59,113 nucleotides of DNA from an uncultured Lentisphaeria bacterium (GTDB taxonomy: Bacteria > Fidelibacterota > UBA8477 > JABMPR01): the NCBI GenBank assembly GCA_964469505.1, contig CAYXZO010000005.1, positions 1 to 59,113 on the forward strand. The letters are read 5' to 3'. Below are positions 1 through 8,842 of this stretch, in pieces. Each line of letters begins with the position of its first letter. Position 1 is the stretch's first letter. The position numbers and the translations under genes are program-made. The notes under the pieces were generated by a model, which worked only from the letters and a program-made list of their open reading frames with translations, was not told where the DNA came from and did no database searches.

Positions 1-350
1 ATGGCCACCAGCTGGAAAAGGCGTGCACCTGCTTGTACGGTGTAGGTGAAATCCTTAATGTTATCAACCATTGCGATGAGTTCACCGCGATAGCCGCCGT
101 CAATAAGACCGATTGAATTGGCCATACGTAGGGGAGTTTTGCTAATACTGGAACGGGGGATTAGAAAGTAGGCTCGACCGTCGGCCGGAGCGCAGGCGAT
201 TCCCAAGTGAATTGGCACGGTGCTGCCAGGTTCGATCACGTACTCTTTGGGCACGAAAAGGTCTAATCCGGCGTCACCAGGGTGATAACGGGAGTGATTT
301 TGGTAAAGTTTAGCAATTTCCATCGTAAAAGGGCGGATGAAAAGTTTCAT
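1..350 (-). CDS. dut: dUTP diphosphatase (trimeric dUTPase), 3' end runs off the window edge; missing from the ORF track
   Basis: Manual translation from ATG at 350: MKLFIRPFTMEIAKLYQNHSRYHPGDAGLDLFVPKEYVIEPGSTVPIHLGIACAPADGRAYFLIPRSSISKTPLRMANSIGLIDGGYRGELIAMVDN...RLFQLVA; dUTPase motifs 1-4 (AGLDL, PRSS, GLIDxxYRGE, RLFQLV). Confidence 0.92.
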   Translation of the reverse strand, partial: MKLFIRPFTMEIAKLYQNHSRYHPGDAGLDLFVPKEYVIEPGSTVPIHLGIACAPADGRAYFLIPRSSISKTPLRMANSIGLIDGGYRGELIAMVDNIKDFTYTVQAGARLFQLVA

Positions 351-390
351 GGAGCCTAAAGTATGCACAGTCCGGAGAAGGGCAAGTCAA

Positions 391-1926
391 TCAAGCATAC
401 CAGGCTTGGCGGTCCAAGGTACGATATTGAATGGCTTCACCCACATGTTGGGCCTGGATTTCCGGCACACCTTCCAGATCGGCGATGGTTCGGGATACTT
501 TCAAAATACGATCGTAGGCACGAGCGCTCAAACCAAGCTGGGAAATGGCCTGCCTTAGCAGCTTTTCTCCCGCTTCGTCGATAGTACATATATGCCGGAT
601 CAATTTTGGCGGCATGTCGGCATTGCAGTAGATGTTGGGATAATTTTTAAAACGTTCCAGCTGTCGATCCCTGGCCCGCTGCACCCGCTCCCGGATAATA
701 GCTGAGGATTCCCCCGGCTGACGAGAGGCCAAATCCTCAAAGGGGATGGCCGGGACCTCGATGTGCAAGTCGATGCGATCCAGCAGGGGACCGGAAATCT
801 TGGCCATGTAACGTTGGATTTCGGAGCTAGTACATTCACAGGTGTGACGGGGATCCGTTGCATATCCGCAGGGACAAGGATTCATTGCCGCCAGCAGAAT
901 GAAATTGGCCGGATAGGTGAGGGACATGGCCGCCCGGGAAATGCTCACTTCTCCATTCTCCAGGGGCTGGCGCAGCACCTCCAGCACGTTTTTGCGGAAT
1001 TCAGGTAACTCATCTAGGAAAAGTACCCCGTGATGAGCCAGACTCACTTCTCCAGGTCGGGGAATTCTTCCGCCACCCACCAAGGCGGCGTCGGAAATGG
1101 TATGGTGTGGTGACCGGAATGGTCGGGTGGCTACAATGCCTTCCTGTGAAACCAGGCCCGCGACGGAGTGGATTTTGGTGGTTTCCAGAGCTTCTTCCAG
1201 GGTCATCTGGGGCAAAATGGTGGGAAAGCGTTTGGCTAGCATTGTTTTACCCGAACCAGGAGGGCCGATCATCAGCACGTTGTGCCCCCCGGCGGCGGCC
1301 ACCTCCAGCGCTCGTTTTACGTGAGCCTGTCCCCGCACTTCAGCGAAATCAACAGCATAATTCCGTGCCTGTTTAAAAAGTTCCTCCAATTGGACTTTAA
1401 CGGGCTCCAGTTTCAGTTCACCGTTCAGAAATCTCACCGTCTCTAGCAGTGACCGGGCGGGATATACCGCTACTTCTTCGGTAATGGCGGCCTCGGAAGC
1501 GTTTTCAGCCGGCACCAACAAGCCTCGCTTACCATTGCGACGGGCCCCTATGGCGCAGGGAAGGGCACCTTTGATGCTGCGCAGAGAGCCATCCAGGGAC
1601 AGTTCACCCAACAGGATAAAATTTTCTAGCAAATCGGGGCGGACATAACCCAGCGCTGTTAGAATTCCGATGGCGATGGGCAAATCGAAGGCAGACCCCT
1701 CTTTTTTCACATCAGCAGGAGCCAGATTGACGGTGTAGTTTTTAGGAGGAAAACGGAAACCGGAGCTCTTGATAGCGGTAATGACCCGTTCTTTGCTTTC
1801 TTTCACGGCCGCCTCCGGCAGACCTACTGTAGTGTAGTGGAAAGCGTTGAACTCGACGCTTACCTCCACTTCAACCAAATAGGGTTCAATACCCAAAACG
1901 GCGCTACTATACACCCTGGCTAACAT
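391..1926 (-). CDS. comM: YifB/ComM family Mg-chelatase-like AAA+ ATPase
   Basis: N-terminal ChlI/Lon-like domain ([34 protein letters not shown]), Walker [52 protein letters not shown]. Confidence 0.93.
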   Translation of the reverse strand: MLARVYSSAVLGIEPYLVEVEVSVEFNAFHYTTVGLPEAAVKESKERVITAIKSSGFRFPPKNYTVNLAPADVKKEGSAFDLPIAIGILTALGYVRPDLLENFILLGELSLDGSLRSIKGALPCAIGARRNGKRGLLVPAENASEAAITEEVAVYPARSLLETVRFLNGELKLEPVKVQLEELFKQARNYAVDFAEVRGQAHVKRALEVAAAGGHNVLMIGPPGSGKTMLAKRFPTILPQMTLEEALETTKIHSVAGLVSQEGIVATRPFRSPHHTISDAALVGGGRIPRPGEVSLAHHGVLFLDELPEFRKNVLEVLRQPLENGEVSISRAAMSLTYPANFILLAAMNPCPCGYATDPRHTCECTSSEIQRYMAKISGPLLDRIDLHIEVPAIPFEDLASRQPGESSAIIRERVQRARDRQLERFKNYPNIYCNADMPPKLIRHICTIDEAGEKLLRQAISQLGLSARAYDRILKVSRTIADLEGVPEIQAQHVGEAIQYRTLDRQAWYA

Positions 1927-1964
1927 GACTTCCTCTTGTTTGGTTTTACTACTAACCGATATCT

Positions 1965-2000
1965 AAAAAAACTCCCTGCAGCTTGAACCGCTTAAGGGAG
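1965..2000 (-). terminator. Possible intrinsic terminator between the hypothetical gene and comM
   Basis: On the minus strand CTCCCT...AGGGAG stem followed by a T run (plus strand aaaaaaactccct...agggag). Confidence 0.4.
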
Positions 2001-2002
2001 AA

Positions 2003-2920
2003 TCACATGCAATTTCGGTCGAAAGCGCGTTCTATGATGAGCTTGTTGATGTAGGGCCAGCGGCGCCGTTTTTTCTGCAGCGTATCAAATTCCCGGTTGA
2101 ATTCTTCCATGGAATTAAAACCATGTTTCTGCGCTAATCTTTCCAGAAAGGCTTTGTCCTGGAACCGTTCCGGTGATCGATGGTTAATGCATTCCACTTC
2201 CACTGCCAGGTTGATTATGCGTTCCTCAAGGGAGGTTAAAGTGCTACTGTCTGGAACTAGGGGCTCCAAACTGGCAATGGTGTCCACAGCCGAGGATGAA
2301 TCAAGAAAATCCAGAGCTTCGCTGGTGGCCAGTGCTTTCTGTCGGCGGCGCTGTTCCGCTTCCAGAGAATCGGGTAAGGCCGATTGGCTGCCCAGATACA
2401 GGGCTAAGATGCTCTTATCCTGGGATTTCAGCTTGCGATGGGCATAAAAAAGGGCTTCATAAAACGGCTTCCGCTGGTTGAAATCCACTTCATAGAAGAG
2501 GTCGATCCAACTGATGAATTCCCGGAAGGCTTGGGGATCATTGGTTTGCAATTCCAGGAGCTCTTTCCAAATGGCGAATAGAGCACCCACTTTTTTCCGG
2601 AATTGGTACAACTTCCGTTGGGGAACTCTGATATTACGGTAAGCCAATCCGCGGGCCTCATACATGCTGGCCAGATAGCTGAACAGAAAAACCTGCTTCT
2701 CATCAAAAGAAAGGGTTTTCCAATAAAGGCTTTGGGCGGCGGCTACATAGTTCTCAGCACCCATTTTAGTTTGCGCCAGAGTTGGCATACAACTTATACC
2801 TAGCAGCAAGACCAGCGCCCATGTAGCCGGAAGTTTCAGAATGGAATACTGCTCGATTCTAGCCCCGCTCATAGCTCGATTTGAAATAAAGTTAACCAAC
2901 GACACAAAACATGCTAACAA
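2003..2920 (-). CDS. Hypothetical exported protein (start uncertain)
   Basis: 305-aa ORF filling the gap, signal-peptide-like stretch ATWALVLLLGISCMPTLAQ, two helical regions joined by a Ser/Asp-rich linker. Confidence 0.6.
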   Translation of the reverse strand: MLACFVSLVNFISNRAMSGARIEQYSILKLPATWALVLLLGISCMPTLAQTKMGAENYVAAAQSLYWKTLSFDEKQVFLFSYLASMYEARGLAYRNIRVPQRKLYQFRKKVGALFAIWKELLELQTNDPQAFREFISWIDLFYEVDFNQRKPFYEALFYAHRKLKSQDKSILALYLGSQSALPDSLEAEQRRRQKALATSEALDFLDSSSAVDTIASLEPLVPDSSTLTSLEERIINLAVEVECINHRSPERFQDKAFLERLAQKHGFNSMEEFNREFDTLQKKRRRWPYINKLIIERAFDRNCM

Positions 2921-3024
2921 TTCTTCCCATTGAGGCCACCGGATCTACTGGAAATTCAGGCGTCAGGATTTCTTCAGATAGTGCTTTCCCGTTTAGCTGG
3001 TACAGCTCGAAGTGCCGGTGTTTT

Positions 3025-4947
3025 TCAGGCCGGCTCTTTCCAATCACCGTTGAGCTTGATAATTTCCACCAATCTTTCCAGCGCCTGGGACTCGGGAATG
3101 TGACGGGCTACTATTTCGTGGCCTTTGTATAGGGTTATTAATCCCGGTCCGGCACCGACATATCCGTAATCCGCATCCGCCATTTCCCCGGGACCGTTAA
3201 CAATGCAGCCCATCACGGCAATTTTCAACCCCTTGAGATGTCCTAAACGGCTTTTCACTAGGGCCGTGACTTTTTCCAGGTCGAAAAGGGTGCGACCGCA
3301 GGAGGGGCAGGCGATGAACTCAGTGGTGGTGATCCGTACCCGTGCCGCTTGGAGAATCTGATATGTCAGGCGGCGCAAATAATGCGGCTGGGCTTGGGGA
3401 GCTTCCAGCCATATTCCATCGCCGAAACCTTCCAGCAATAAACCACCGGTTTGAGCCGCGGCGGCCAGGGTTAGACTGTTTTCGTCTAAATCAGCATATC
3501 TTAATTTGAACACTACCGGATAATGATTTTGGGTCTCCACTAGTTTCATTACAGCCCGTCGCAGCTCGTGATACGCGGCGGGGGAGGTTGCTTCCAGTAA
3601 GAGTATCGCCCCGGAAAAATTATTTAATTTTGAAATAACCTCGGTAGTTAAGCCGTCAGCAGTGCACTGCAGGAGAAAAGGCTGGGAGGTGGGAGTTGGT
3701 GGTAATTCTTCGGTAGTGATAATCCTTAGGGCTTGTGGAATGTCGGTAGTATTGGTTCTGTACAGTCCCCATAGCTCGACTGGCCAATCAGACGGAATGT
3801 CGTCTACCAAAGAAATATCCAGAAATTCAACCGCTTGTTCTTCTTTTTGCCAATTGCCCTGTGGGGTTTTTGAGTATCCCAAAGCAGACCAATTGGAGAT
3901 TACGGTATTTTTTCCGCTGAGGAAAACCCGAACCGGTTGAGAGCCTCCTAATGGTCCCACCGCTTTGGTGGGCCGGCGTTGGTAATGATAGGGATCTTTT
4001 AAAACAGATACTTTTTCTGATTCGATCGCTTGGGATTCGAAAGCCTCGACGACAGCCAGCAGCTGACGGGCTACCGGTACTTCGGCCAGGGGGTTTTCTG
4101 TGAGCGATACCCGAATGGTATCGCCTAAGCCGTCGGCCAGCAGAGCTCCGATGCCCACCGCTGATTTTACCCGCCCCTCCAGACCCGACCCGGCTTCGGT
4201 TACACCTAAGTGGAGAGGGTAGCAGGCCGACTTTTCAAGCATTCGCGCCGCCAACAAACGATAGGCGGCTACCATAACCACCGGATTACTGGCTTTTAAG
4301 CTGATAACCAGGTTGTGAAAGCCTTCTGTTCGACAAATCTCGATGAACTCCCAGGCCGATTCCACCATCCCTTCGGGGGTATCTCCGTACCGGTTCATTA
4401 TTCTTTCGGCCAAACTGCCGTGATTGACTCCTATGCGTAGCGCGGTGCCATACTCACGGCAAGTCTCCAGCAAGGGTCTCAGTTTGGCGTGAATGCGTTC
4501 CAGTTCCGCGGCTTCCTCAGCAGGGGAGTAATCGCCTTTGGTTACATGTTTACCCCCCACATAATTCCCGGGATTGATACGTACTTTGGCTACTATGCGA
4601 GCGGCTATCTCAGCCGCTTTAGGGGTGTAATGTATGTCGGCGATCAACGGCACCTGACATCCTTGACGTCGAACTTCCTTTTGGATTTCAGCCAAAGCTT
4701 CCGCGGCTTTCAGATTGGGAGCCGTGATACGGACGTAATCACATCCTGCCCGTGCCAGAGCCACTACCTGCTCTGCTGTGGCCTGGATGTCCAGGGTCGG
4801 GGTAGTAGTCATAGATTGGATGCGAATGGGGTAAGCGGCTCCTAACGGTATTCCTCCAATATCCACGGTGCGAGTGGGGAGGCGCTGCCGTTGATTATAA
4901 TTTACACAGTAAGGAGGGTAATTTGGGGTAACACTGTCCGTCTGCAT
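3025..4947 (-). CDS. ispG: (E)-4-hydroxy-3-methylbut-2-enyl-diphosphate synthase, long form
   Basis: IRIQSMTTT, PLIADIHY, RINPGN, RIGVNHGSL, YPLHLGVTEAG, GDTIRVSLT, CPSCGRT and MGCIVNGPGE [4Fe-4S] motifs; central insertion gives 640 aa. Confidence 0.96.
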   Translation of the reverse strand: MQTDSVTPNYPPYCVNYNQRQRLPTRTVDIGGIPLGAAYPIRIQSMTTTPTLDIQATAEQVVALARAGCDYVRITAPNLKAAEALAEIQKEVRRQGCQVPLIADIHYTPKAAEIAARIVAKVRINPGNYVGGKHVTKGDYSPAEEAAELERIHAKLRPLLETCREYGTALRIGVNHGSLAERIMNRYGDTPEGMVESAWEFIEICRTEGFHNLVISLKASNPVVMVAAYRLLAARMLEKSACYPLHLGVTEAGSGLEGRVKSAVGIGALLADGLGDTIRVSLTENPLAEVPVARQLLAVVEAFESQAIESEKVSVLKDPYHYQRRPTKAVGPLGGSQPVRVFLSGKNTVISNWSALGYSKTPQGNWQKEEQAVEFLDISLVDDIPSDWPVELWGLYRTNTTDIPQALRIITTEELPPTPTSQPFLLQCTADGLTTEVISKLNNFSGAILLLEATSPAAYHELRRAVMKLVETQNHYPVVFKLRYADLDENSLTLAAAAQTGGLLLEGFGDGIWLEAPQAQPHYLRRLTYQILQAARVRITTTEFIACPSCGRTLFDLEKVTALVKSRLGHLKGLKIAVMGCIVNGPGEMADADYGYVGAGPGLITLYKGHEIVARHIPESQALERLVEIIKLNGDWKEPA

Positions 4948-5042
4948 GCCCTATGGTAAGGCTTTTCAGCTTCAGATAAAAAGGAAAGCTGTTAAGCAAC
5001 TTTATATTCATTCTTTGACACTATGCTTTACATTTTGGCCTT

Positions 5043-6374
5043 ATGCAAAAACCGTTAAGTGATCTCCATCGTCGAACATTAGCCACTCGACGTAAAAAAG
5101 TTCTCCGGTCCCTGGAAGGTGGGGTAGCCATTTTAAAAGGTGCACCACCACCCATTCGCTCCCATGACACTGAATACGCGTATCGGCAAGATTCTGATTT
5201 CTTGTATCTAACGGGATATACCGCACCGGGTGCTGCATGTATTCTCAATCCCAATAGCAGCAAACCCTTCACCTTGTTTGTGATGCCGAAAGACCCCGAG
5301 AAAGAAGTCTGGACCGGCCGACGTCTTAGTTTCGAAGAAACCAAAGCGCTCTTTGACGCGGATGAAGTCTTGGATATCGCGGTATTTGAAGAAGCAGCTT
5401 ACCAGGCTATGAAGGGGGCCAGGCGGGTATTTATTCCCTTTAATCACGATCAGGCCTTTCGGCATACCATGGTGGATATGCTGCACCGGGTTCAGCAAGA
5501 ATTACACCGGGTGGGGGAACCTCCCCAAGGTTTGGATCCCCTAGGAGCAATTGTCCACGAAATACGGCTTTTTAAAGACGAATTCGAACTGGAATGTATG
5601 CGTAAAGCAGCCAGGATCTCGGCAGAAGCCCACACTCTGGCTATGGAAGCTGCCCGACCGGGTATGTATGAATATGAATTGGAAGCCCTGATTGACTATC
5701 ATTTCCGGCGTTCAGGAGCTACAGGACCTTCGTACCTCACCATTGTAGCGGCTGGAGCCAATGCCACTGTCTTACACTATGTCCATAATCGGGACCGCCT
5801 GCAATCGGGACAGTTGGTGTTGATAGATGCTGGGGCTGAAGTGGAGGGTTATGCCGCCGACATCACTCGTACTTTTCCTGTGGATACAAAATTCGGCAGT
5901 TCGGCCCGGGCACTCTATGAGGTGGTATTGCGAGCCCAGAAAGAGGTCCTGGAGGCAGCCCGTCCGGGGGTAACCTTTGAGGAACTCCATGAGCTGGATG
6001 TGCGTTTGCTGTGCGAAGGGCTGATAGAACTGGGGCTGCTTGAAGAAAAGCTGGAAACAGCCATTGAATCAGGTAGTTATAAGAAATATTTCATGCACCG
6101 CACCGGCCATTGGTTGGGCTTGGATGTACACGATGTGGGGAATTATCGCTGCGATGGCCAATCGCGTAAACTGCAACCCGGTATGGTTTTCACTGTCGAA
6201 CCAGGACTTTACATCAATGAGGAGGCTGCAGTTCCCGACGAATTCAGGGGATTGGGAATCAGAATCGAAGATGATGTTCATATCACAGATAATGGAGCGG
6301 AGATTTTAACTCTGGGTACTCCTAAAGAAATCAAGGAAATCGAACAGCTGCGGGAGAAAGGATTCTCTGTATGA
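5043..6374 (+). CDS. pepP: Xaa-Pro aminopeptidase (M24B)
   Basis: YRQDSDFLYLTG, VLIDAGAE, ADITRTFP, HRTGHWLGLDVHD, TVEPGLY, GIRIEDD. Confidence 0.93.
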   Translation: MQKPLSDLHRRTLATRRKKVLRSLEGGVAILKGAPPPIRSHDTEYAYRQDSDFLYLTGYTAPGAACILNPNSSKPFTLFVMPKDPEKEVWTGRRLSFEETKALFDADEVLDIAVFEEAAYQAMKGARRVFIPFNHDQAFRHTMVDMLHRVQQELHRVGEPPQGLDPLGAIVHEIRLFKDEFELECMRKAARISAEAHTLAMEAARPGMYEYELEALIDYHFRRSGATGPSYLTIVAAGANATVLHYVHNRDRLQSGQLVLIDAGAEVEGYAADITRTFPVDTKFGSSARALYEVVLRAQKEVLEAARPGVTFEELHELDVRLLCEGLIELGLLEEKLETAIESGSYKKYFMHRTGHWLGLDVHDVGNYRCDGQSRKLQPGMVFTVEPGLYINEEAAVPDEFRGLGIRIEDDVHITDNGAEILTLGTPKEIKEIEQLREKGFSV

Positions 6375-7486
6375 GATACTCCTTTAAACACCTACTGTTT
6401 TTGTTGTTATTCATGATTCCCGGTTTTTATGGTTGTCGTTCCCAACCTCAACCGGGAGCCGATGAAATAATTCTGCTACTGGCCGCCAGCAACAACGGTG
6501 AAATAGATCCCTGCGGGTGAAAGTTTCATCCACTTGGCGGTCTCGCCAGGAAGACAACTCTTTTAAAGCAATACCAGAAAGAAGCTCCTACTTATTTTGT
6601 AGATGCAGGGGATGTCTTTTTCGCCCGTCCCCATTTACCATCTGCTAATCTTGAGTTTGAGATAAAAAAAGCCCGGCGCATTTTGGAAGCCTATAATATC
6701 ATGGGGTGCCGGGTTATGAACGTGGGCGTTAACGATTTAGCGGCCGGGAAAGATTTTATCCTGGAACTCCGGCGTGAAGCCAAATTTCCCTTCATTTCAG
6801 CGAATATTATTGATAAACAGAAACGGCAAGCCCTGTTTCCCCCTTATGAGATCATAGAAACGCCGTTAATGAAAATCGGATTCGTGGGGGTAACGGTTGG
6901 TGGGGGAGGTTTCCCGGATTTCTCCTTTGCCGATCCCATTACTACGGTTAAAAAATATGTGGCCCAGATCCGCCCCGAAGTAGATGTGGTGGTCATCCTG
7001 GCCAATGTCAACGACCGGCTCGAGCAGAGGTTGGCTAATATTGAGGGAGTAGATTTCATAGTTCGGTCCCGCACTCCCCGTTTATCCTCTACTCCGATGG
7101 TAATTAATCATGTGAATGTATTGCGATTAGGGAATCGTGGAAAATATGCGGGAATAGTGCATCTCCGTGAGCATCATCAGGGGCGATATTACCGGGACAT
7201 TTCCAGTAAACGGAACCGGTTGAAATTCATCCAGCGGCGACTAGCACGCCTGAAAAAGGAAATTCCCGCTGAAAAAACGCTAGAAGAATACTACCAGGAC
7301 AATCCGACCCGCTTGCGTCTGGTAAAGAACCTGAAGGGTGAACGGGACAAACTATTGAAGCAGCTTGGAGAAAAGGCTAATACTTTTTGGTTTGAGACGG
7401 TAGGATTGGACAAAAAGATCGCCGATGATCCGCAGATCGACAAACTGCTGAACGACGTTCGTCAACCTAAGTCCAAAACTGAGTAA
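6371..7486 (+). CDS. UshA-like (calcineurin-like fold) selenoprotein, putative lipoprotein; Sec at codon 50 (TGA 6518-6520); 371 aa. ORF track gives only 6683..7486
   Basis: ATG 6371 overlaps the pepP stop (ATGA). Frame is open MRYSFKHLLFLLLFMIPGFYGC...ASNNGEIDPCG-TGA-KFHPLGGLARKTTLL...VDAGDVF... and continues in frame into the 6683 ORF. Hairpin with GUCU loop starts 12 nt after the UGA. Confidence 0.85.
6533..6550 (+). promoter_or_regulatory. Bacterial SECIS-like apical stem-loop
   Basis: CUUGGCG-GUCU-CGCCAGG: 7-bp stem (one G-U), G-first loop 20 nt downstream of the in-frame UGA; resembles the GGUCU apical loop of E. coli fdhF SECIS. Confidence 0.7.
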
Positions 7487-7494
7487 AAACTATT

Positions 7495-7523
7495 TTGCCT
7501 CTGGGAGGGTGGCTAATTATATT
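7495..7523 (+). promoter_or_regulatory. sigma70-type promoter of tRNA-Gly
   Basis: TTGCCT-17 nt-TATATT followed by GC-rich discriminator CCGCCCGC. Confidence 0.6.
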
Positions 7524-7541
7524 CCGCCCGCTTTTTGCCAG

Positions 7542-7614
7542 GCGAGAGTAGCTCAGTTGGTAGAGCACCACGTTGCCAACGTGGATGTCGCGGGTTCGAG
7601 CCCCGTCTCTCGCT
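7542..7614 (+). tRNA. tRNA-Gly (GCC)
   Basis: GCGAGAG/CTCTCGC acceptor stem, D arm GCTCAGTTGGTAGAGC, anticodon arm CCACG-TTGCCAA-CGTGG, T loop TTCGAGC; CCA not encoded. Confidence 0.97.
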
Positions 7615-7638
7615 CGGTAACCAAGAGTCCCTCCGAAA

Positions 7639-7664
7639 GCCTCCCATCTCCGGGAGGCTCTTTG
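7639..7664. terminator. Intrinsic terminator between tRNA-Gly and the convergent XRE gene
   Basis: GCCTCCC-loop-GGGAGGC followed by TCTTTG; preceded by AAA. Confidence 0.55.
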
Positions 7665-7976
7665 TTATAAGGGCTTAACGTGGATTTCTACTTTTACCAG
7701 CTTGTATTGTAAGTTCCGCAAGGCGTCCAGGGCTGCATTGAGTTCCAGCGAATACACCTGCGGTTCCAAATAGCTTAAAAGGCGGGGTACGGTTAATTGA
7801 TAAGCGGCGGCAATTTTTTGCAGCGTTTCGTAGGTGGGGTCCACCTGGCCGCGTTCAATGCGACTGATGGTGCCTGGATGCAGTCCAGCTCTCCGGGCCA
7901 ATTCTTTCTGTCGCAGTTGATGGGCTTCCCGTACCTGTCGGAGAATTTCGCCCACGGGGATAGTGCGTTGTTCCAC
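7665..7976 (-). CDS. XRE-family helix-turn-helix transcriptional regulator
   Basis: GEILRQVREAHQLRQKELARRAGLHPGTISRIERGQVDPTYETLQKIAAA is a classic HTH_3 pattern; purine-rich RBS before GTG. Confidence 0.88.
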   Translation of the reverse strand: MEQRTIPVGEILRQVREAHQLRQKELARRAGLHPGTISRIERGQVDPTYETLQKIAAAYQLTVPRLLSYLEPQVYSLELNAALDALRNLQYKLVKVEIHVKPL

Positions 7977-8113
7977 TTCCTTCCCTCTTCACCTTTTAGG
8001 TTGGTTTCTTAGGCAATATAAGTCAATTTAAAACAAATGACGCCACTTTTCCTCGCAGGCGGAATATATCCGCGACACTCAGCGGGAAAATGGGCTGCCG
8101 ATAAAGGGTTGAA

Positions 8114-8779
8114 ATGGTGAAATCAGCACCACCAGATCGTCTGGGACCGGTTTCCGAAGCCAACCTGGAAATGGTCCGCTCCCAGCTGTTAGCGCGTGGT
8201 ATTCGGGATCGCAGAATACTAAAAGCCTTTCGTCGAATTGATCGGGCGTTTTTTGTACCAAAGGAACACCAATTTGAGGCCTATGAAGATTACCCTTTGC
8301 CCATCGGTTGCGGCCAGACCATATCTCAACCTTATGTAGTGGCTTTGATGCTGGTTTATTTAGATGTTCAGCCGGAACATAAAGTCCTGGAGATTGGTAC
8401 GGGTTCGGGCTACAGCACAGCCTTATTAAGCCAACTGGCACACCACGTTGATAGCGTGGAGTATTACCGGGAATTGCATGAAAGTGCCGGGGCTCGTTTG
8501 AATCGTTTGGGAATCACCAACGTAGATCTTTATCACGGTGATGGCTGGCAAGGGCCGCCCGTGGATAGACAATATGAACGAATTATTCTATGGGCTGCTC
8601 CTCCCAAACCACCGGAAAAGCTAAAAGCGGCTCTTAGCCGGGGGGGATTAATGGTCGCGCCGGTGGGGAAACGTCTGCAGGATTTATGGATCATTCAAAA
8701 GAAGGGAACCGATGAGTTTAAGATTCGGTACAAAGATCCCGTGGCTTTTGTCCCCTTGATTCGGGGAGAACCTTTGTAA
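8114..8779 (+). CDS. pcm: Protein-L-isoaspartate O-methyltransferase
   Basis: AYEDYPLPIGCGQTISQPYVVA, VLEIGTGSGY, HGDGWQG, GGLMVAPVG. Confidence 0.95.
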   Translation: MVKSAPPDRLGPVSEANLEMVRSQLLARGIRDRRILKAFRRIDRAFFVPKEHQFEAYEDYPLPIGCGQTISQPYVVALMLVYLDVQPEHKVLEIGTGSGYSTALLSQLAHHVDSVEYYRELHESAGARLNRLGITNVDLYHGDGWQGPPVDRQYERIILWAAPPKPPEKLKAALSRGGLMVAPVGKRLQDLWIIQKKGTDEFKIRYKDPVAFVPLIRGEPL

Positions 8780-8842
8780 TCCCCCGCGAGAGCTTTACAT
8801 TCTCGTAGTGAATCGGAGATTAAAATAAGGGCCGGATGGAAA

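Noticed and set aside
2876-3040. Short minus-strand ORF after ispG (VIGKSRPEKHRHFELYQ...FCVVG) and possible ispG UGA readthrough
   Set aside because: No RBS or motif, overlaps both neighbours; no Cys context or SECIS-like hairpin after the ispG stop.
6371-7486. Pseudogene or split-gene reading of the UshA-like locus
   Set aside because: No frameshift is needed, the stop sits exactly in a C-x-stop motif and is followed by a SECIS-like hairpin; recoding is more parsimonious, though a read error is not formally excluded.
7542-7976. Integrated element at tRNA-Gly or tRNA-Pro
   Set aside because: No integrase and no duplicated tRNA 3' end (attR) seen in the window; flanking genes are core.
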